From the NCBI GenBank assembly GCA_963716395.1, contig OY970309.1, forward strand, positions 192,001 to 256,000: a stretch of DNA of 64,000 bases. The letters are read 5' to 3'. The DNA comes from an uncultured Fibrobacteria bacterium (GTDB lineage: Bacteria; Fibrobacterota; Fibrobacteria; UBA11236). Numbering within the stretch: the first letter of the stretch is position 1; each line of letters starts with the position of its first letter. Positions 58,907 through 64,000 of the stretch are shown piece after piece. Under the pieces are notes generated by a model that worked only from the letters and a program-made list of their open reading frames with translations, searched no databases and was not told the DNA's origin. The translations under genes were made by a program, and so were the position numbers.

Positions 58907-60181
58907 ATGCCATCGTACCTTCCCCTTGTTCTGCTGGCCGCGCTGACCGCCTGGTCCACACCGCCCGCGGAGTCGCCCTATGCCACGTCCACGCCCGGGC
59001 TTTCCGGGCAGTTGCGCACGCGTACTGAATTCGACACTAAGGGCGCTTCCGATACGGCCTCTTCTCTCATCAACACCCAATTGCGCTCCCGCCTGGGGTT
59101 CACGGCCCAACCTGCGGACGGGATCGAAGCCAAGGTGGAATTCCAGGATGTGCGCTTCTGGGGGAGCGAGCCGGTAACGGGCGCCACGGCGGCCCAGACC
59201 GCCACCGTCGGCGACGCCAAAGGCGTGGATCTGCTGCAAGGTTATTTCACCGTCACCGCCGGCCCGGTCAAAGCCGCGCTCGGGCGCCAGAAAATGCAGT
59301 TGGGATCGGGACGTTTTCTTTCGACCCTGGAATGGAGCCCGACTTCGCGCGCGTTCGACGGCCTTTCCGCCAACTGGAACGCGGGTTCCGGCGATCTCAC
59401 CGGCCTCCTCTTTCTGGTGCGCGACACCAGCGCCGCCGTCAGCCGGGATCGCCTGCTGCTGTCGGGCCTGTTCTACGACAACCCCGTCTGCAAGCAGTTC
59501 GCGCTGGAAGCCTATGCCTTCTACGATCAAAGCCGCCTCAACAACGTCTACGGCAAAGACACGCTGACGAATTACGATCTCCTCTACGCCGGCGAACGCG
59601 CCACGGGCCGGCTGAACTGGTTCGCCTACGAAGAAGAATTCATCTGGCAGGGCGGCGAGGCGTATTACCAAAGGAATCTCACCAGCGCCGCGTTCCAGCT
59701 CGCCCTGCGTTTGGGAGTCGTGACTCCGGCCGCCAAGGCGAACCTGGGACTGGACGTGATGAGCGGCGACAGCGATCCCACCGACAATACCACCTCGCTG
59801 TATCGCGCCAATTATTACTTCGCGCACGCCTATTTCGGATGGATGGATTACTTCGCCACCAATCCGAAATACGGCGTGATGGATTGGCGCGGCGATGTGG
59901 CCTTGCCGTTTTGGAAAGCCGGAGGCCAATCCGCTTCGCTCCTGGCCCAATACCATTGGTTCACCCCGCAAAACGCGCCCTCGGGCCATGACGCCTCCTA
60001 TGGCCAGGAAGTCGACGGCGAGTTACATCTGGGGCTTTACCCCAAAACCCTTCTGGTATTGGGCGCGGCCGCGTTTTTTCCCGGAGCCTCGGCATACATG
60101 TTGCCGGGCGCCAAATTGGGAGCGACGCAAAATCGCAACACCGCCACCTTCTTCTACATCATGCCCACGGTCAATTTCTGA
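58907..60181 (+). CDS. Alginate-export-family outer-membrane beta-barrel porin
   Basis: QLRTRTE, EFQDVRFWG, GRQ...G..R, RAFDG, GQEVD, terminal Phe; AAGGAG RBS. Confidence 0.83.
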   Translation: MPSYLPLVLLAALTAWSTPPAESPYATSTPGLSGQLRTRTEFDTKGASDTASSLINTQLRSRLGFTAQPADGIEAKVEFQDVRFWGSEPVTGATAAQTATVGDAKGVDLLQGYFTVTAGPVKAALGRQKMQLGSGRFLSTLEWSPTSRAFDGLSANWNAGSGDLTGLLFLVRDTSAAVSRDRLLLSGLFYDNPVCKQFALEAYAFYDQSRLNNVYGKDTLTNYDLLYAGERATGRLNWFAYEEEFIWQGGEAYYQRNLTSAAFQLALRLGVVTPAAKANLGLDVMSGDSDPTDNTTSLYRANYYFAHAYFGWMDYFATNPKYGVMDWRGDVALPFWKAGGQSASLLAQYHWFTPQNAPSGHDASYGQEVDGELHLGLYPKTLLVLGAAAFFPGASAYMLPGAKLGATQNRNTATFFYIMPTVNF

Positions 60182-60202
60182 AGGGCCGCAGGCGGCTTGA
60201 CG

Positions 60203-60223
60203 CGCGGCCTTTCACGGGCCGCG
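60203..60223. terminator. GC hairpin between convergent genes
   Basis: CGCGGCC-TTTCACG-GGCCGCG; no clear U-tract. Confidence 0.35.
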
Positions 60224-60226
60224 GGT

Positions 60227-61468
60227 TCAGTGGGTCGCGTTGATCAGCGCATGCACCGAGGATCCGGTCGCGGGTTTGGTCAAGGTCAGAAACAACAGTC
60301 CTTGCAACCAATCGTTCCGCAGCGGAATAAAACCATTGGACACCCGTCCGCAGAACAGGCGATGCCCCTCGATGTCGGCCACCGTGGCTTGGACATCGCC
60401 GATGACTCCGTCGAAGGTGATGCCGTCCGGAGTCGCCCGGGCGACGAGGCGGAAGGGAAGCGGGGCACGCGCCAGCACCCCGGTCGTTTTGGGAAGGATG
60501 CTCAGGGAAAGCTGCATGAAATCGATGGTATAGGATCCGTCCGCTGCGGGTGGAATGGCCGTGCCCTTCTGCTCCACGACAAAATTGGATCCGAAGGTGG
60601 TGGCATTGAGTTTCACCCGCAACATCACACTCTTGGGCATCTTGGGATGGGGGGAAACCCAGGTCATGGTCCAGCCGCCGGAAGAGGAGGTTTTGGCCGT
60701 GACCGTATCCATGGTGAAATGCGCACGATAATAGGCGGCGATATCCGCATAGGTGTCGATCCAGAGGCTGTCGGCGACGCCGGCTTCGAGCATCTTCAAG
60801 TTGTCCGGCGGCGTGAGGCTGTAAGCGTCGGGGTTCGCCGTCACATCATGCACGATGGTCGTCACCCAGGCATTTTTGGACTTCGCGGTGCCCAGCAGGG
60901 AGATGCCGGTTTGCACGCTCGTGGGAGTCAAAATCAAGCCCTGGATGTTCAACCAATCCGAGGGTTGGGTATTCCAGGCGTAGCTGGTTTCCCCGCATCC
61001 GCGCGCGGAAAAATTCTCCGCGCCCACGCCGGCTTCGCCGTTCACGTTGCAATTGGGATAGGCGAAGGTCACCGACTGGATGGAGGTGTCGAGACCGCGC
61101 AGATAGGTGGCCATCTGGGAGACGATGGCGGCGGCATCGGGGTCGGCGGGTACGTTGACGTGGTTATAGGTATGGTTGGCCAGTTCATAGCCTTTCTGGG
61201 CGACCTGAATCCAGTCGGGCACCCGGCTGGAAAAATCGCCGCCCGTACCGTTCACGGCGATGAAAAAGGTGGCCTTGATTTTTAGGGAATCCAATTGCGG
61301 CAGAAGGTTGGGAATCTGGCTGGAGCGGGCATCGTCGTAGGTGAAACTGACCGCGCCGGTGTGCCCATTCCACGGCACCGTGGTGACAGGTCCAGCGAAA
61401 CCGGAGAACGCGGCGGATGCGACAAGTGATAAAAAGGATAATCGGGATTGCCTATTCATGGAGAACAT
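60227..61468 (-). CDS. Secreted CE4 polysaccharide deacetylase with C-terminal domains
   Basis: SFTYDD, ATFF, ELANHTYNH, FAYP; signal peptide; start is 61468 or 61459. Confidence 0.85.
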   Translation of the reverse strand: MFSMNRQSRLSFLSLVASAAFSGFAGPVTTVPWNGHTGAVSFTYDDARSSQIPNLLPQLDSLKIKATFFIAVNGTGGDFSSRVPDWIQVAQKGYELANHTYNHVNVPADPDAAAIVSQMATYLRGLDTSIQSVTFAYPNCNVNGEAGVGAENFSARGCGETSYAWNTQPSDWLNIQGLILTPTSVQTGISLLGTAKSKNAWVTTIVHDVTANPDAYSLTPPDNLKMLEAGVADSLWIDTYADIAAYYRAHFTMDTVTAKTSSSGGWTMTWVSPHPKMPKSVMLRVKLNATTFGSNFVVEQKGTAIPPAADGSYTIDFMQLSLSILPKTTGVLARAPLPFRLVARATPDGITFDGVIGDVQATVADIEGHRLFCGRVSNGFIPLRNDWLQGLLFLTLTKPATGSSVHALINATH

Positions 61469-61753
61469 GGAGAATCTCACAGGCCAAGGGTCAAAGTGGG
61501 AACCATTTGGTTGTAACCTAATGCCAACCAAATGGATTAACCACGAAATTTCCAGCGAGAATTGTAACCGCATGGATAGTGACACCGACTTCTCGGAACC
61601 CGGCGGCCTGTCTTAAGCGGTGCCAGTTTAAAAACGGTGCCTGTTCGTGTCCGTTTTTTCAGGCGCCGGGCCGAGGCGGCTAAAACCGGAAGGCCGACTC
61701 TTGCTGCAAACGCCGGCGATTCCCAAAGGAAGAAGGATCGGCGTCTGTCGCCG

Positions 61754-62470
61754 TCACTTCTTGCCGTTGACGGCCAAGAGCTCGACTTCGAACACCAAGG
61801 TGGAGTTCGGCGGAATCTGCTGTCCCGCGCCGTGTTCGCCATAGGCCAGGTTCGGCGGAATGAACAGTTTGAACTTGTCGCCCGTATGCATGAGTTGCAG
61901 GGCTTCGGTCCAACCCGGAATCACACCGCTTACGGGAAAGGTGGCCGGCGTTCCGCGCTTGATCGAGCTGTCGAATTCGGTGCCGTCGAGCAGGGTTCCC
62001 ACGTAATCCACGGTGACCGTGTCGGTGGCTTTGGGAGAAACCTTGCTGGTACCGGATTTCAGCACTTTATATTCCAAACCGCTGGCCGTGGTTTTCACGC
62101 CTTCGGCTTTGCCGTTTTGGGCCAGGAAGTCCTGGCTTTTCTTCAGGTTCTCAACGGATTTTTTCTGGTTGAGGGAATCCATCTTGGCCATCATCTGGCC
62201 CTGGAATTCGGCCATGGTCGACTGCATCTGCGAATCCGTCAACATGCCCTTGGCGCCCGATTGGCCGTCGACGATGCCTTGGCGGACCCGATCGAGATCA
62301 AGATCGAGGTCCTGTTGCTTGAAGCTGCGGCCAATGCTCATGCCGATGCTGTAGCTCACCTTGTCTTTCTGGGTTTGCAGCGGGCCCTGCGCCTTTTTGG
62401 CTCCGTTGGTTTGGTTGCAGGCGCATAAGGCGAACAGGCCGAAACACACCATGCTGCTGACATATTTCAT
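61754..62470 (-). CDS. FKBP-type peptidyl-prolyl isomerase (FkpA/Mip-like lipoprotein)
   Basis: SYSIG, GTEFDSS, VIPGWTEAL, LAYG, IPPNSTLVFEVELL. Confidence 0.95.
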   Translation of the reverse strand: MKYVSSMVCFGLFALCACNQTNGAKKAQGPLQTQKDKVSYSIGMSIGRSFKQQDLDLDLDRVRQGIVDGQSGAKGMLTDSQMQSTMAEFQGQMMAKMDSLNQKKSVENLKKSQDFLAQNGKAEGVKTTASGLEYKVLKSGTSKVSPKATDTVTVDYVGTLLDGTEFDSSIKRGTPATFPVSGVIPGWTEALQLMHTGDKFKLFIPPNLAYGEHGAGQQIPPNSTLVFEVELLAVNGKK

Positions 62471-62634
62471 ACTGACTCCGAAAGGTTGGCGCGAGAATGG
62501 GGCGCGCGGAAGAAGGTGGAAGGGGAAAGAGGCCGGACATGCGGCCGCAAGTGGGGCGAAAGTAGTAATAAAACCCCTGTGGCAACCGTTTCCAGGCGGT
62601 CGGCGCACAGCTACCGCAAACTATATTAGCCGCC

Positions 62635-62970
62635 ATGAACCTTGAAGGCATGGCTTCGGTGCTGCTGGAAAAGCTCAAGGGCATCGCCCAAACCGACACC
62701 GTGGTGGGAAAGCCCATCGTCGTCGAAGGCGCAACCTTGATTCCGGTGTCGCGCGTCTCCGTGGGTTTCGGCTTCGGGGGCCACAGCAGCAAAGCCGAAT
62801 CGGCCGGATCGGGCGGCGGGTTGTCGGTGGAACCCATCGCCTTCATCGTGGTGCAGGGCGAGAACACCAAAATCGTGAGCCTGACGCGCGAAAAAGATGT
62901 ATTCGGAAAAGCGATGGACCTGGTTCCCGAAGTGCTGGCGCTTTTGAAAAAAGACAAGAAAGACGGCTAA
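62635..62970 (+). CDS. GerW/YtfJ-family protein
   Basis: TVVGKPI, LIPVSRVSVGFGFGG, GGG..VEPIAFIV. Confidence 0.85.
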   Translation: MNLEGMASVLLEKLKGIAQTDTVVGKPIVVEGATLIPVSRVSVGFGFGGHSSKAESAGSGGGLSVEPIAFIVVQGENTKIVSLTREKDVFGKAMDLVPEVLALLKKDKKDG

Positions 62971-64000
62971 CCCACCAAGTCGGCCGGAACCTCCACCGAA
63001 AATTCGCTGCCTTCGCCCGGACGGCTGTGCGCGCGTACGGTCATGCCGTAGCGTTGCGCGGCATGCTTCACGATGGCCAGACCCAGGCCCGTGCCGTCTT
63101 TGCGGGCGCGCGAGCCGTCGGCGCGGTAGAAGCGCTCGAAAATCCGCGGCAGCAATTCTTCGGCGATGCCGATACCCGTGTCTTTGACGGCCACGCGCCG
63201 GGTTCCGGAATCCCAATACACCCGCACCTTGCCGCCGGGCTGGTTGTAGCGCACGGCATTGCCGACCAGGTTGTTGCAAATCAGCTCCAGATCGCGGGGC
63301 TCCATGCGCAAGCAGAGGCCGGCCGGCACCTGGTTCTCGAAGCGGATGCCCTGGCCTTCCATTTCGGTGCGGAGGAGTTGCGCCGCCGCATGCACATAGG
63401 TACGCACCGGTAACCGCTCCGAGTGGCGCGGCGAGGTCTGGCTTTCGAGTTGCGACAGACTGAGCAGATCCTGCACCAGCCGCTGCAGGCGCAGGGAGTT
63501 CTCGTAGATCTTGCGCACGAAGGGTTCGCGCGTCTGTGAGTTTTCCAGAGCGCCGTCGAGCAGGGATTCGGCATAGCCGCGAATCGAAGACAGCGGTGTC
63601 TTGAGCTCATGCGAGGCGTTGGCCACGAAGTCGCTTTTGGCCCGATCCAAGTTGCGAAAATCCGTGATGTTAATCACAGTAAAAAGATAGGCGCCGGCAT
63701 CCCCGCCCAAAGTGCGCAGATGGCACAGCAAATCCAAAGGAGCCCCGGCACCGCGGTCGATTTGGAAAAACGGCGGCCGCATGGGAGAGTCGAGTTGCGC
63801 GATGAACTCGGCCAAACCCGCATGCGACACCACCTCGCGCAGGATCCGGCCCTCCCAGCTTTCCTCGGCGGCTTCGGTTGACAAAAGTTTCCTAGCCGCG
63901 GGATTGTCGGCCAGCACGCGGCCTTCGGCCGACAATAACACGAGGCCTTCTTCCAGCCGGTTCAACACCAAGGTCAGGCGCGCATACTCTTCGCGGACCC
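62967..64000 (-). CDS. PhoR-like PAS histidine kinase (N-terminus outside the window)
   Basis: DFVANASHELKTPL, NAVRY, DTGIGI, RIFERFYR, GTGLGLAIVKH. Confidence 0.9.
   Translation of the reverse strand, partial: VREEYARLTLVLNRLEEGLVLLSAEGRVLADNPAARKLLSTEAAEESWEGRILREVVSHAGLAEFIAQLDSPMRPPFFQIDRGAGAPLDLLCHLRTLGGDAGAYLFTVINITDFRNLDRAKSDFVANASHELKTPLSSIRGYAESLLDGALENSQTREPFVRKIYENSLRLQRLVQDLLSLSQLESQTSPRHSERLPVRTYVHAAAQLLRTEMEGQGIRFENQVPAGLCLRMEPRDLELICNNLVGNAVRYNQPGGKVRVYWDSGTRRVAVKDTGIGIAEELLPRIFERFYRADGSRARKDGTGLGLAIVKHAAQRYGMTVRAHSRPGEGSEFSVEVPADLVG

Noticed and set aside
1-64000. CRISPR arrays, IS elements, prophage, defence systems, rRNA
   Set aside because: No spaced direct-repeat arrays or matching protein motifs were seen on either strand.

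Overview
GC-rich bacterial chromosomal window with about 52 protein-coding genes and 2 tRNAs (Gly-CCC, Arg-ACG). I saw no integrase, transposase, phage gene, rRNA or CRISPR array. Three secreted carbohydrate-active enzymes (GH9, GH16, CE4) carry similar C-terminal tails resembling the T9SS sorting domain, which suggests an FCB-group host, probably Fibrobacterota-like (inference). Order of blocks: (1) 1-8.4 kb, the start of an exopolysaccharide/capsule operon, including a priming sugar transferase-STAS-deacetylase triple fusion and a GSA-aminomutase-like gene with a 1-nt frameshift; (2) GT2, TonB-dependent receptor, AIM24, tRNA-Gly, pirin; (3) a complete Wsp-like chemosensory operon whose output is a triple-receiver histidine kinase; (4) a GH9 enzyme and an ABC exporter; (5) a GT9-AsnB-HemK-like MTase-adenylation ligase-ACP-NadE-like-MTase-SGNH cluster, the best candidate here for an uncharacterised carrier-protein-based biosynthetic or glycan-tailoring system; (6) a FIST(NosP-like)/PAS kinase/HDOD/degenerate HD-GYP signalling island; (7) PBP1A, tRNA-Arg, GH16 and a Crp/Fnr-DUF2892-OsmC-rhodanese sulfur cluster; (8) a PHP-GT4 fusion; (9) a sigma54-driven nitrite assimilation locus; (10) CE4, FKBP, GerW/YtfJ and a partial PhoR-like kinase. 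All calls come from reading motifs by eye. No database search was run.
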